A stretch of 64,000 nucleotides of DNA, taken from Polyangiaceae bacterium. Lineage in GTDB: Bacteria > Myxococcota_A > Polyangia > Polyangiales > Polyangiaceae. This document shows, piece after piece, positions 1-9,242 of this stretch. The stretch lies in NCBI GenBank assembly GCA_033763455.1, contig JANRKO010000028.1, positions 128,001 through 192,000 of the forward strand. Reading direction: 5' to 3'. The notes under the pieces are model-generated. The model saw only the letters and a list, made by a program, of their open reading frames with translations, was not told the origin of the DNA and did not search any database. The translations under genes and the position numbers were made by a program. Every line of letters begins with the position of its first letter. Positions within the stretch are counted from its first letter, which is position 1.

Positions 1-83
1 TTGGCGTATTCGTACTTCACGAGTCGCCCAGGTGGCTCCCGAAGTTCGAAGAGTGGGCGGGAAACCTTGGGCTTCTCAGCTAA
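1..83 (+). CDS. possible 3' end of a gene entering from the left edge (partial)
   Basis: Frame 3 is open from the edge (GVFVLHESPRWLPKFEEWAGNLGLLS) to TAA at 81-83 and converges on the next gene; no homology recognised. Confidence 0.3.
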   Translation, partial: GVFVLHESPRWLPKFEEWAGNLGLLS

Positions 84-133
84 GCTTTGGATGCCGCACA
101 CGAGGTGGTTGCCGCTCGCGCGGTTACGCTGCT

Positions 134-655
134 TCAGGTGTCGCAAGATGTTGCAGACAAAGCTCGGGGAAGGCTGCGCCGGTGCCCAGCCTCTTGCCCC
201 GGGCGGGATGCAGCCCTGCGCTGAGCGCCTTCAAATGTAATCGAGATGACAACACCTCCCGCATCCAGATTCAGATCTCCAATGAGGCTCATAAAGTCGT
301 GGCGTACCCGGGGATCTCTCGGCTCGGGCAGAACCAGCTGGAGCACGGCGCCCCCCTTGCAGTGCAGGAGCCAGCTCACGGCTTCTTGGCATAGGCTCAT
401 TCGGGCGGTGCGAGCCGCCTCGGAGTGATCCTCACCAACGCGATAGACAACGCGAAGGCGTCGAGCGGACCTAGGCGTGATAAGCGAGAGCCTCCGCCGA
501 ACCCGGCGTCGCAAGCTCTCGACTGACTCCTCTTTGGCCTGAACAACGGTGGCGCACACAAGGCCAGAGAAGGCTCTTCCAAAGGCCTCGGTAGGGCATA
601 CGAGCGCCGCTTCGACGCAGTTCTTTTCCAAAATGGTGACACACGCGCAATCCAT
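134..655 (-). CDS. hypothetical protein (~173 aa)
   Basis: ORF 134..736; ATG at 655 (MDCACV...) follows GGGGAA; sigma54-like promoter upstream at 824-839. Confidence 0.5.
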   Translation of the reverse strand: MDCACVTILEKNCVEAALVCPTEAFGRAFSGLVCATVVQAKEESVESLRRRVRRRLSLITPRSARRLRVVYRVGEDHSEAARTARMSLCQEAVSWLLHCKGGAVLQLVLPEPRDPRVRHDFMSLIGDLNLDAGGVVISITFEGAQRRAASRPGQEAGHRRSLPRALSATSCDT

Positions 656-705
656 AAAGGTGTTCCCCAAAAAGCTGAAACAGCTAGACCTGGCCGGAGC
701 GGGAG

Positions 706-722
706 CGAGGCATTTTGCCCCG
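706..722. promoter_or_regulatory. palindromic island motif CGAGGCA-TTT-TGCCCCG
   Basis: Matches the recurrent TGNGGCA-N3-TGCCNCA motif. Confidence 0.5.
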
Positions 723-820
723 CCCCCGCCGGCCAAACCTTTGACCCCTCAGTCAAAGGCACTTACGTTCGAAGTCGGCCTCGCCGAGTACTTTGTGTGT
801 TGTCTCAATTCGGATGGAGG

Positions 821-2257
821 TTAAGCATGCGACGTGCCAATTGCTCGAAGGCGTACGGCGGGCAAAGCATGCCTATCTTCTGGCGCGCTTCGAGGCACCG
901 AGCGTGGGCTTTCCCCTCCAACAAGTGTAGAAGAATGCCCCGTCGGACTGTGCGCTGAGGCACCATAGACAGGTGGCATATGCGCCTCGTAAAGCAACCG
1001 TTCGTGCCGGCACCACCACCCCGCCCCGTCATTTTCGGGCAGCCGACCGTCCGCAAGCTCTCGAACAAGGGAAGCGACATCGGTTTCGACGGGGACTCCG
1101 CCCTCCAGTCGCAAGACTCCCGGTTCGTACTTTCCGCCGTCCTCGGTTACCAGCTTGTTCCAGCCGAAAGAGCCGAGGAGCGCCCAGGCTGTCACGGCTC
1201 TAATGTCTAAGCCTCGCGCTTGCGCCGCCAGGCAAGAGCGCCACACGTACGCCAACCAACTCGCTTGCTCGCTTGGGCTGCAGGCTAGATGTGCTTCCGT
1301 GATCGCCATGGGTAGCCCGAAGCGATCGGCGGCGGACTCTAGCAATTGCAACGGACCCATGAGGCCAACCGCACACACGCGTACGGCCTCCACATCCACA
1401 TACGCGTGCCGCGCATTTCCGCCTACCATCTCGGGTGGGTAAAGGTGCAGGCGATTATCCAGGAAGCGTTCGCTCGTCACATAGTAGTTGAACCCGATAA
1501 CATTCGGTATACAGGGGTCATCTAGAAAGTAACCCAAGTCCGCATCGGTGGCGCCATTTTTCCTCAAGTAAGCGTTAAGCGGGTGGTGCCGGTCCACTTT
1601 GCCACATAGAAGATCTAAGCTTAGCCAACGCCGCCGATTTTCGAATTCTGCTTGATAGGCAAGCTCGTCCACGCTAGTACACACAGCTAGATCCTCAGTT
1701 TGGATGAGCTCCGCGTGAGGGATGGAGCGGCGAATGGCACGCATGGCGAGCACGGTGCCGCGGCACTGAATTAATAGAGCTCGAACGAAAGCCGCATCAC
1801 TCCGCGCGTGGGGGTACCAATGGCCGTAAAGGCCGGTAAAGCGAGCTGTGGTAAGGGGTTCGTTGATCGGTGTGAACTTGGTGAGCCAAGGATAGCGCTC
1901 GGCCACCCTGCCGGCGTACGCTGCCAGGAGCTCGGGGAACGCTGGATCGAGGAGGGACGTATGCGGCGGGCCGCTACCATGGTGAACAAGCCCCACAATG
2001 GGTTCGATGCCCAGTGCGTACAGCCTCGCGAGGCGTTCATCGGCCCACGCGAAATCGAGTTCCCTTCCTCGCGCGGCGCGTTCCCAAAGGATCGGGTAGC
2101 GAAGGGTTCGTAGCCCTAGCTCGTAGAAACGGTCGAGGTCAGAAATGCGCTCCGCGTGACCACTGTATTCGAGTTGATCGAAGTAACGATCGCCGACGCG
2201 ATTGACGGTGCATTCAAGCCCCCCCCATAGCGCGAGCGATGCGGGATGTGGATCCAC
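821..2257 (-). CDS. family 1 glycoside hydrolase (beta-glucosidase-like)
   Basis: WGGLECTVNR N-terminus, LVHHGSGP, acid/base INEP and nucleophile AITEAH motifs; typical neighbour of glf. Confidence 0.85.
   Translation of the reverse strand: MDPHPASLALWGGLECTVNRVGDRYFDQLEYSGHAERISDLDRFYELGLRTLRYPILWERAARGRELDFAWADERLARLYALGIEPIVGLVHHGSGPPHTSLLDPAFPELLAAYAGRVAERYPWLTKFTPINEPLTTARFTGLYGHWYPHARSDAAFVRALLIQCRGTVLAMRAIRRSIPHAELIQTEDLAVCTSVDELAYQAEFENRRRWLSLDLLCGKVDRHHPLNAYLRKNGATDADLGYFLDDPCIPNVIGFNYYVTSERFLDNRLHLYPPEMVGGNARHAYVDVEAVRVCAVGLMGPLQLLESAADRFGLPMAITEAHLACSPSEQASWLAYVWRSCLAAQARGLDIRAVTAWALLGSFGWNKLVTEDGGKYEPGVLRLEGGVPVETDVASLVRELADGRLPENDGAGWWCRHERLLYEAHMPPVYGASAHSPTGHSSTLVGGESPRSVPRSAPEDRHALPAVRLRAIGTSHA
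824..839 (-). promoter_or_regulatory. sigma54 -24/-12 promoter TGGCACG-TCGC-ATGCT
   Basis: GG-N10-GC consensus inside the last codons of the GH1 gene, pointing at ORF 134..655. Confidence 0.55.
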
Positions 2258-3371
2258 TAAATACCTCCTTCGTGCGGGTTGGGGTTCCGGCTTCTTGGAT
2301 GCCAGCGTACAGAGTGAGTGCCTGCGCCACGACCTGGTCCATGTTGTAATATCTGTAGGTAGCGAGGCGTCCGACGAAGTGCACCGGGCTTCGATCGGCT
2401 AGCTCCTTGTATTTTTCATACAGCGCTGCGTTTTCCGGCATTGGAACGGGGTAATAGGGGTCGCCTTCGGCACGCGGGTACTCGTAGACTATGCTCGTCT
2501 TGGCATGAACTTGGCCAGTGAGATGCTTGAACTCGGTGATACGTGTGTAGGCGTTTTCGTTTGGATAGTTCACCGTTCCCACCGCTTGGAACTGAGCGGC
2601 ATGGTGAGTGACGTGGCGAAATTCGAGCGAGCGGTAGGGGAGCTTGCCGAACCGGTAGTCAAAAAAGGCGTCGACCGGGCCCGTGTAGACCATCTCCCGA
2701 TGCGGAATCTCATTCACGACTTCCCGGTAGTCGGTATTGAGCATCACCTTGATGTTCGGATGCCGAAGCATGTTCTCGAACATCCGCGTGTAGCCAAAGA
2801 GCGGCATGGCCTGATAGGTATCCGTGAAATAGCGGTCATCTCGATTCGTACGAACCGGAATGCGTGCTGCCACTGACGCGTCGAGCTCAGAAGCCTCCAG
2901 GCCCCATTGCTTCCGCGTATAGCCACGAAAGAACTTTTCGTAGAGCTCGCGGCCAACCTTGGAAACCACAACATCCTCAGACGTCTTCGCGCTTCGCTTC
3001 TCGCGGACGCTCTCGAAGAATTGCTCAAGCTCGTCCGGGTTGAGCTGGGTACCGCGTAGTTGATTGATGGTATTTAGGTTGATGGGTATAGGAACGAGCT
3101 GGCCATCTACTTGAGCTAGCACCCGATGCTGGTAATCCCGCCACTCAGTGAAACGGGAAAGGTAGCTGAATACGTCCGCCGAATTCGTGTGAAAGATGTG
3201 AGGCCCGTATTTGTGAACCAGGATGCCGTGGTCGTCGTAGTGATCGTAGGCATTGCCAGCCACATGCGGGCGCTTATCAACAATCAGCACCCTTTTGTTT
3301 AAGTCTGAAGCGAGCCGCTCTGCCAGAACGCTGCCTGCAAAGCCGGCGCCGACCACCAAGTAATCGAACAC
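2214..3371 (-). CDS. glf: UDP-galactopyranose mutase
   Basis: VVGAGFAGS FAD motif, HKYGPHIFHT, GDPYYP, GRLATYRYYNMDQ signature motifs. Confidence 0.97.
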   Translation of the reverse strand: MFDYLVVGAGFAGSVLAERLASDLNKRVLIVDKRPHVAGNAYDHYDDHGILVHKYGPHIFHTNSADVFSYLSRFTEWRDYQHRVLAQVDGQLVPIPINLNTINQLRGTQLNPDELEQFFESVREKRSAKTSEDVVVSKVGRELYEKFFRGYTRKQWGLEASELDASVAARIPVRTNRDDRYFTDTYQAMPLFGYTRMFENMLRHPNIKVMLNTDYREVVNEIPHREMVYTGPVDAFFDYRFGKLPYRSLEFRHVTHHAAQFQAVGTVNYPNENAYTRITEFKHLTGQVHAKTSIVYEYPRAEGDPYYPVPMPENAALYEKYKELADRSPVHFVGRLATYRYYNMDQVVAQALTLYAGIQEAGTPTRTKEVFSGSTSRIARAMGGA

Positions 3372-4522
3372 TAGCGTGCACCCGCAGCGAGCGGCAGCTC
3401 CACAGCCTTTTGCGAAATTCTTTTAACGCCGTGGCGTTTCAGAATCGCCTCCTTGATGCATTCGGACATTTGCCCCCAGGTGATATCCCACGAGAGCGTG
3501 GCCAGGTACGGATCTGCCTTGCGCAGGAGCACAGCATTTGGCTCACGCATGGCGTGCTCGCAGGCCAGCACGAAGTCCTTCACCGTGTCCGCGATACTGA
3601 CGAGGCCTTGAGCCTTGTAGGGGCGCACCACATCTTTTATGGAAGTCGATACAACAGGCCTGCCGGCGGCCAGGTATTCCGGCGTCTTGGTGGGGCTGAT
3701 GTACTTCGTGGACTCATTTTTGGCGAAGGGCATCAACGCAACATCCCAACCGCTAATGTAGCGAGGGAGCTCTGCATAAGACTTGCTGCCCAGGTAGTGG
3801 ATGTTGCCTAAAGCCGGTAGCTCGGCTTCGGAAATTTTCACGACAGGCCCCACCATGACCAATTGCCAATCCGGGCGAGCTTCTGCCACCCCTCGAACCA
3901 GCGCCAAATCCATCCGTTCGTCGATCACGCCGAAAAACCCCAAACGCGGCCGCGGGATGCAACGCATATCTTCCGGATCTTCCTGCGGAACGCGCGCCGT
4001 AGCGAAATGCGCTACGTCCACACTGCTCGGAAACGCATGAACGTTTGGATGTTGGGTTCTTTTCGCCTCGTAGAGCGACCAGCCTCCGGTAAAAACAACA
4101 TCTGCACGCGCCATGAGCTCAGCCTCTCGCTCCACGAGTTCGGGTGGCGCTCCTTTGAAGGCTGAAAGCTGATCCATGCAATCATAAATGGTAGCGATTG
4201 GGGAAAGGCACGTGCCAATTCCGAGCGCCATGGGCGTATAATACCACAGCAGGTAATCTTCCAGGTTGTAGGTTCGAACCAGCTCCAGAAGAAGCTTCCG
4301 CTGAATAGCTTCTGGATCTGCCGCGTTGCGTTCAATGTGAGGCACCGCAACGAACACGCCTTCTCGGCTGCGCGCTACGCGAAGCTCGCTCGACCCTTCG
4401 ATAAAGATCGGCTCTTCCACGAAGAACACTCTTCGAGTTTTCGCACAGCGGCTCAGCAGGTGCTGGGGGCGTTGAAACACAAAGTCCCAACGCAGGTGCG
4501 ACAGACAGATCAAGTCGTGCAT
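3371..4522 (-). CDS. GT-B (family 1/GT4-like) glycosyltransferase of the glf-linked type
   Basis: SHLRWDFVFQRPQHL N-terminus, YDCMD, SPTKTPEYLAAGRPVVST; stop overlaps glf start. Confidence 0.9.
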   Translation of the reverse strand: MHDLICLSHLRWDFVFQRPQHLLSRCAKTRRVFFVEEPIFIEGSSELRVARSREGVFVAVPHIERNAADPEAIQRKLLLELVRTYNLEDYLLWYYTPMALGIGTCLSPIATIYDCMDQLSAFKGAPPELVEREAELMARADVVFTGGWSLYEAKRTQHPNVHAFPSSVDVAHFATARVPQEDPEDMRCIPRPRLGFFGVIDERMDLALVRGVAEARPDWQLVMVGPVVKISEAELPALGNIHYLGSKSYAELPRYISGWDVALMPFAKNESTKYISPTKTPEYLAAGRPVVSTSIKDVVRPYKAQGLVSIADTVKDFVLACEHAMREPNAVLLRKADPYLATLSWDITWGQMSECIKEAILKRHGVKRISQKAVELPLAAGAR

Positions 4523-4573
4523 GGATGTGTCCTTTTTGAGGGGGTGAAAAACACTAGGCGCGAAACGCTCCTA

Positions 4574-4589
4574 AGCAGATTCCGTGCCG
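4574..4589 (-). promoter_or_regulatory. sigma54 promoter CGGCACG-GAAT-CTGCT for GT-glf-GH1 operon
   Basis: GG-N10-GC consensus ~50 bp upstream of the start codon. Confidence 0.7.
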
Positions 4590-4686
4590 AGTGTGCGTTC
4601 CCCGGGAGTTGAAAGGGCTGATGCCAATTCTCAGTTTTCGCGCACGCTGGGGCTTTTTGAAGGGGCGGGAACCCACCCGGTAAATC

Positions 4687-4711
4687 AGCCACAGCGTGGC
4701 AAAGTGTCACA
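4687..4711. promoter_or_regulatory. putative enhancer (UAS) AGCCACA-G-CGTGGCA-AAG-TGTCACA
   Basis: Island motif lying ~100 bp from each of two divergent sigma54 promoters. Confidence 0.6.
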
Positions 4712-4812
4712 CGTTGAACTCCGCCCCATCACTTGCGCCGGAGGCTACCGCGCAGTTGTTCAAAGACTCTTCGATAGTGGAACTCGTAGTTGGCTCTATC
4801 GCCGAGCCTATT

Positions 4813-4828
4813 TGGTACGCCGTGTGCA
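4813..4828 (+). promoter_or_regulatory. sigma54 promoter TGGTACG-CCGT-GTGCA for GH2 operon
   Basis: GG-N10-GC, near consensus, upstream of GH2. Confidence 0.55.
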
Positions 4829-4888
4829 ACTCACTTCAGTGCTATGCCCGCCCATAGAGGGTGACGCAGCGGCGGAAATGAGCGGGCA

Positions 4889-6769
4889 TTGCCACGAAGA
4901 CACTTCCAGCAGATCGGCCTAACGGACGCAAAGCCCCAAACGGGCAGCGAAACTGAGGTAGATCCCATGGGCTATCCGCGTCCCCAACTGCGGCGGAGCG
5001 AGTGGTTCACCTTGAACGGGCAGTGGCAGTTCGCCATGGACCCAGAAGGTGTCTTTACTGCGCCACACGAGGTCGCCTGGGATGGGACGATAAAGGTCCC
5101 GTTTGCGCCGGAAACCATCCAAAGCGGAGTAGGCTTCAACGGACTGTTTCGCGGCTGCTGGTATCGCCGCAAGTTTTTGGCTCCGGAGCTTTTAGACGGT
5201 CAGCGCCTCATCTTACACTTTGAAGCGGTCGATTATAGGGCCACGGTCTGGGTGGATGGATCTTTAGCGGTGCAACACGAAGGCGGCTATACGCCTTTTC
5301 AAGCTGACATTACAGCGTTGCTAACGTTCACAGGGGAACACGAAGTGGTGGTCTTTGCCGATGATGACCCGGCGGATTTGGCCAAGCCTCGCGGTAAGCA
5401 AGATTGGCAGCTCGAGCCGCACGCGATTTGGTACCAAAGAACGACCGGCATTTGGCAAACGGTGTGGCTTGAGCGGGTGCCTGCCACTCACATCCAGAGC
5501 TTGCAGTGGACTGCCAACTTGGAGCGCTGGGAAATTGCGGTGGACGCCACCATCTACGGAAAAGGTAGCGAAACGCGCTTTGTTAGCGTCAAGCTTTGGG
5601 TGGATGATTTAGTATTAGCTCAAGACCAATACACCGTTGTGGCCGGAGAGGTGCACCGCCGCATTACGCTTTCCGACCCAGGAATCGATGACTTTCGGAA
5701 CGAGCTCTTGTGGAGCCCTGAGAGCCCCAAGCTGATTGAGGCAGTGGTGGATTTGCTTGATGATGCGGGTAGAATCATCGATTCGGTGCGCAGCTATACG
5801 GCACTGCGCACCTTCTCCGTGCACGGTGATCGCTTTCTTTTAAATGGGCGTCCTTTTCAACTCCGTATGGTCCTGGATCAGGGCTATTGGCAGGGCTCCG
5901 GCCTCACCCCTCCGAACGATGCGGCCCTGCGCAAAGACATAAGGCTCGCCAAAGCCATGGGCTTTAATGGAGTGCGTAAGCATCAAAAGATCGAAGTGGC
6001 GCGCTACCTATATTGGGCCGATAGGATGGGTCTTTTGGTTTGGGAGGAAATGCCGAGCGCTTATCGGTTCACCAAGGGCTCCGTAGAGCGCCTGACGCAA
6101 CAGTGGCTAGAGGTGCTGAAGCGAGACATGAGCCACCCGTGTGTCATGGCCTGGGTGCCGTTCAACGAATCTTGGGGCGTGCCCAACCTGCCCAACAGCC
6201 TGCCAGAACGCAACTATGTGCGGGCGCTATATTATCTCACCAAGACGCAAGATCCCTCCCGCCCTGTGGTGGGCAATGACGGCTGGGAGAGTGTGGCAAC
6301 AGATATCATTGGTATTCATGACTACGATGATCGGCCAGAGCGTTTGGCGCGACGCTATCAGGTGCGCGATGTGCTACCGCAGCTTCTGAAGCGGGCGCGG
6401 CCGGGAGGTAGGAGCTTGGTCTTGGAGGGCCATTCCCGACGCGAGCATCCCATCGTTCTTTCGGAATTTGGTGGCATTGCGTTGAGTGATGATCGCGAGC
6501 ACACCTGGGGTTATTCCCGCACGGATACGCCTGCCAAGTTCGCTGAACAGTTTTCGGCTTTATTGGAAGTAGTGCGATCCTTGGAGGCGTTAGCGGGCTA
6601 CTGCTACACCCAATTCGCCGACACCTTTCAAGAGACGAACGGGCTACTGCATGCTGATCGTAGCCCCAAAATTCCCATCGAGCAGGTGGCTTGGGCAAAC
6701 CGAGGCGCACATGCCCGCGATGTTTCACCGTCGCCCATTGTGCTCGGTATCAACGACGACGACGGATAG
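4889..6769 (+). CDS. glycoside hydrolase family 2 (true start may be ATG 4967)
   Basis: YPRPQ..LNGQWQF, LHFEAVDY, HEGGYTPF, GIWQTVWLE, LDQGYW, RKHQK, WVPFNESW (acid/base), VLSEFGG (nucleophile). Confidence 0.92.
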   Translation: MPRRHFQQIGLTDAKPQTGSETEVDPMGYPRPQLRRSEWFTLNGQWQFAMDPEGVFTAPHEVAWDGTIKVPFAPETIQSGVGFNGLFRGCWYRRKFLAPELLDGQRLILHFEAVDYRATVWVDGSLAVQHEGGYTPFQADITALLTFTGEHEVVVFADDDPADLAKPRGKQDWQLEPHAIWYQRTTGIWQTVWLERVPATHIQSLQWTANLERWEIAVDATIYGKGSETRFVSVKLWVDDLVLAQDQYTVVAGEVHRRITLSDPGIDDFRNELLWSPESPKLIEAVVDLLDDAGRIIDSVRSYTALRTFSVHGDRFLLNGRPFQLRMVLDQGYWQGSGLTPPNDAALRKDIRLAKAMGFNGVRKHQKIEVARYLYWADRMGLLVWEEMPSAYRFTKGSVERLTQQWLEVLKRDMSHPCVMAWVPFNESWGVPNLPNSLPERNYVRALYYLTKTQDPSRPVVGNDGWESVATDIIGIHDYDDRPERLARRYQVRDVLPQLLKRARPGGRSLVLEGHSRREHPIVLSEFGGIALSDDREHTWGYSRTDTPAKFAEQFSALLEVVRSLEALAGYCYTQFADTFQETNGLLHADRSPKIPIEQVAWANRGAHARDVSPSPIVLGINDDDG

Positions 6770-6778
6770 GAGCTAACG

Positions 6779-8077
6779 ATGTCATTTGCCATGTTTTCAC
6801 CCACGGCGGGGGAGCCCGAGGTCACGCCGTTGCCTCTAGGACGCTACCGAAAATCTGAGGCCTTACTGCGCAAAGCTCAGCGCTTGATCCCGGGTGGGCA
6901 CCACCTCTCCGGGCGGCCGTTGCTCACCCCGGAGACTTCGCCCATGTACATGGAGCGTGGCGAGGGCTGTCGGGTGTGGGATGTCGACGGGCACGAGTAC
7001 CTCGATTACATCGGCGCCTACGGTCCGTGTCTGTTGGGTTATGCGCACCCCGTGGTTGATGCGGCTGCAATTCGACAAATTAGGAACGGTGCGCTTTTAT
7101 CGCTGAATCATCCGCTCCACGTAGCGTTTGCCGAGCGGCTCACCGAACTGTTAACTGGCGGGGAAATGGCCGCCTTCTTCAAAACGGGGTCAGAAGCCAC
7201 CACGGCCGCGCTGCGCGTAGCACGCCGTGCGACGGGACGACGCAAAGTAGTGCGCTGCGGTTACCATGGGTGGCACGATTGGTGTCTGCCCGGAGAGCCA
7301 TTTGTGCCGGAGATGGGGGAGCAGGTGCTGAGTTTCGATCCGAGGCGTAGTGCTTCTTTGTCTGAGATCCTGCAGCAACATCCGCATGAGGTTGCGGCTG
7401 TCATCGTCGCGCCTGAGATGATCTTGCCGACAAGCCAGGCCGTATTTGCTCAACTCGTAGAGGCGACGCATCGGGCAGGCGCCGTATTTATCCTCGATGA
7501 AGTGAAAACGGGCCTCCGGATCCGGCCTGGGTTCTTCCAACAGTACGTTGGAATCGTGCCGGACTTAACGACTCTCAGTAAGGCGCTGGGCAACGGGTGG
7601 CCCGTAGCAGCACTTGTGGGTTCGCGCGCCATCATGGAGCATGGCGCTGGGCTGCATATTTCGGCGACGTACCACGGGGAAACGGCCGGTATAGCTGCCG
7701 CCCTGGCAACGCTCGACATCGTGCAACAAGAAGACGTGTGTGGTCACGTTTGGAGGCTCGGGGAAATGCTCATCGACGGCCTCAACCATCTGGCTGTGTT
7801 CCATGGCATTCCGGCAAAGGCTTATGGTGAGCCATTGCCGCCCATGCCCTTTTTGCGGTTCAGCGTTCGAGATCCGGAGCTCACTCAGGCCCTTGAGAAC
7901 ACGTTCTATTCGGAGCTTTATGTGGCCGGGATCCTGTTTCACCCGCGGCACTTGTGGTTCATCAGCTATGCGCATCGAATGGGTGACATTGAACGCACCC
8001 TCGAGGCTGCCGATAAAGCCCTCAGGGTTACCGCTGAACGGCACGGTGCAGAGCTCGCAAGGGGGCTTTCTCCCTGA
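6779..8077 (+). CDS. class III PLP aminotransferase (glutamate-1-semialdehyde aminomutase-like)
   Basis: GEGCRVWDVDGHEYLD, FKTGSEA, GYHGWHD, FILDEVKTG, TLSKALGNG PLP-lysine motif. Confidence 0.9.
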   Translation: MSFAMFSPTAGEPEVTPLPLGRYRKSEALLRKAQRLIPGGHHLSGRPLLTPETSPMYMERGEGCRVWDVDGHEYLDYIGAYGPCLLGYAHPVVDAAAIRQIRNGALLSLNHPLHVAFAERLTELLTGGEMAAFFKTGSEATTAALRVARRATGRRKVVRCGYHGWHDWCLPGEPFVPEMGEQVLSFDPRRSASLSEILQQHPHEVAAVIVAPEMILPTSQAVFAQLVEATHRAGAVFILDEVKTGLRIRPGFFQQYVGIVPDLTTLSKALGNGWPVAALVGSRAIMEHGAGLHISATYHGETAGIAAALATLDIVQQEDVCGHVWRLGEMLIDGLNHLAVFHGIPAKAYGEPLPPMPFLRFSVRDPELTQALENTFYSELYVAGILFHPRHLWFISYAHRMGDIERTLEAADKALRVTAERHGAELARGLSP

Positions 8078-8089
8078 AACACGGCGGTG

Positions 8090-8122
8090 CGCCGAGCCCG
8101 GGCGCATGACCCGGACTCGGCG
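8090..8122. terminator. GC-rich hairpin between convergent genes
   Basis: CGCCGAGCCCGGG / CCCGGACTCGGCG inverted repeat. Confidence 0.5.
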
Positions 8123-8160
8123 TTTGGCTTCATTCCCCTTCTTCCGCCCCCTTTGCGGAT

Positions 8161-8895
8161 TTACGGGCGAGAAGAAGTGCTGGCAGGAGTATTCTTCGTC
8201 CCGCTGTTGGCGTGGTGCTCCGGCGCATCCGTGCCCATAATTTTATCCTTCAGCTCGGTCAGTATTGGCTTGGTCACTCGCACGTTGTTGCGGACGTCCT
8301 TCACTCCCTGAACGCTTTCGGCGATGTCCTCGGCCTGATGCTTCATGCTACGTGTTTGCACGGTTCCCTCTAGGATCACTTCACCAGCTTCAACGCGCAC
8401 TTCGATCTCGCTAGCGTCCACCCCGTCGTCTTGGCTGAGCCTATCACACACATCCTCGCGAATGCGGTCATCGGTCCGAGTGTATCCCTTAGGGCCGCGG
8501 CCGGAGAAAGAACTTCGGTCCCCTGTGCTGCTCAGCCCACCGTAGCTACGAGCGCGTGCGCCAGTAGAGGTTCCCGAACCGTAGCCGCCGCTAGATCCAG
8601 AAGTTACCCCATAATTGCCTGCGCCGTAGTTCTCGCGAGTTCCAAGGCTGCCGTACCCAGCTCCATAGCTGCCTGGAAAGCGCTGTCTGCTTGCGCCCCC
8701 TTCGCTCTCCCAATTGCGGTCTTGCTGATCGCGGTTCAGGGGATCTCGATCCCGGCCCGGTTGGCTGCCTCCGAGCCCTCCATCTTGATCTTGCCAGGGG
8801 CGATCTTGATCTTGCCAGGGGCGATCGCGGTCGTTGCGATCCTGATGTTCGAAGTCGTTTCTATTGCGTTCTTCTCGTCCGAATTTGTTGTTCAT
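8161..8895 (-). CDS. BON-domain protein with disordered hydrophilic N-terminus
   Basis: GRGPKGYTRTDDRIREDVCDRL...VDASEIEVRVEAGEVILEG BON signature; ATG 8895 lies downstream of the sigma54 site. Confidence 0.88.
   Translation of the reverse strand: MNNKFGREERNRNDFEHQDRNDRDRPWQDQDRPWQDQDGGLGGSQPGRDRDPLNRDQQDRNWESEGGASRQRFPGSYGAGYGSLGTRENYGAGNYGVTSGSSGGYGSGTSTGARARSYGGLSSTGDRSSFSGRGPKGYTRTDDRIREDVCDRLSQDDGVDASEIEVRVEAGEVILEGTVQTRSMKHQAEDIAESVQGVKDVRNNVRVTKPILTELKDKIMGTDAPEHHANSGTKNTPASTSSRP
8782..8826. repeat. 21-bp tandem duplication encoding DRPWQDQ x2
   Basis: ATCTTGATCTTGCCAGGGGCG repeated exactly twice. Confidence 0.9.
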
Positions 8896-8982
8896 TGGTA
8901 AATTCCAGTCTCTTAAGGTCCCTTTGGAATCATCGCACCACGCATACCCGGACCTTGTTGAGTGCGCGGTAAGGCGCTTCTC

Positions 8983-8998
8983 AGCAAACATCGTGCCC
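8983..8998 (-). promoter_or_regulatory. sigma54 promoter GGGCACG-ATGT-TTGCT
   Basis: Near-perfect -24/-12 consensus upstream of the BON gene. Confidence 0.75.
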
Positions 8999-9105
8999 CA
9001 CGCGTGACGACCATCCATCAAGAGACAACTCGTAATTCCTGCCGCCGCGGGCTAGCTACAACGGTGGCATCATGAGGACGTGCTGCAAGTCTGCTTCACC
9101 ACGAG

Positions 9106-9131
9106 TGCCTCAAGTGTGGCGGATTGCACAG
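9106..9131. promoter_or_regulatory. putative enhancer TGCCTCA-AG-TGTGGCG-GAT-TGCACAG
   Basis: 108 bp upstream of the -24 box; 9100-9128 matches 16809-16837 at 23/29 positions. Confidence 0.65.
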
Positions 9132-9242
9132 CCCCTTGCCTGGCCTCGCGTCTTTGGCGACGAGGAACTGAACAGGCGAAACGGGGAACGGCGACCCCCC
9201 ACAGTGGGAGGGCCGCCACCTCAATGGTCGGTCCAGCTATGG

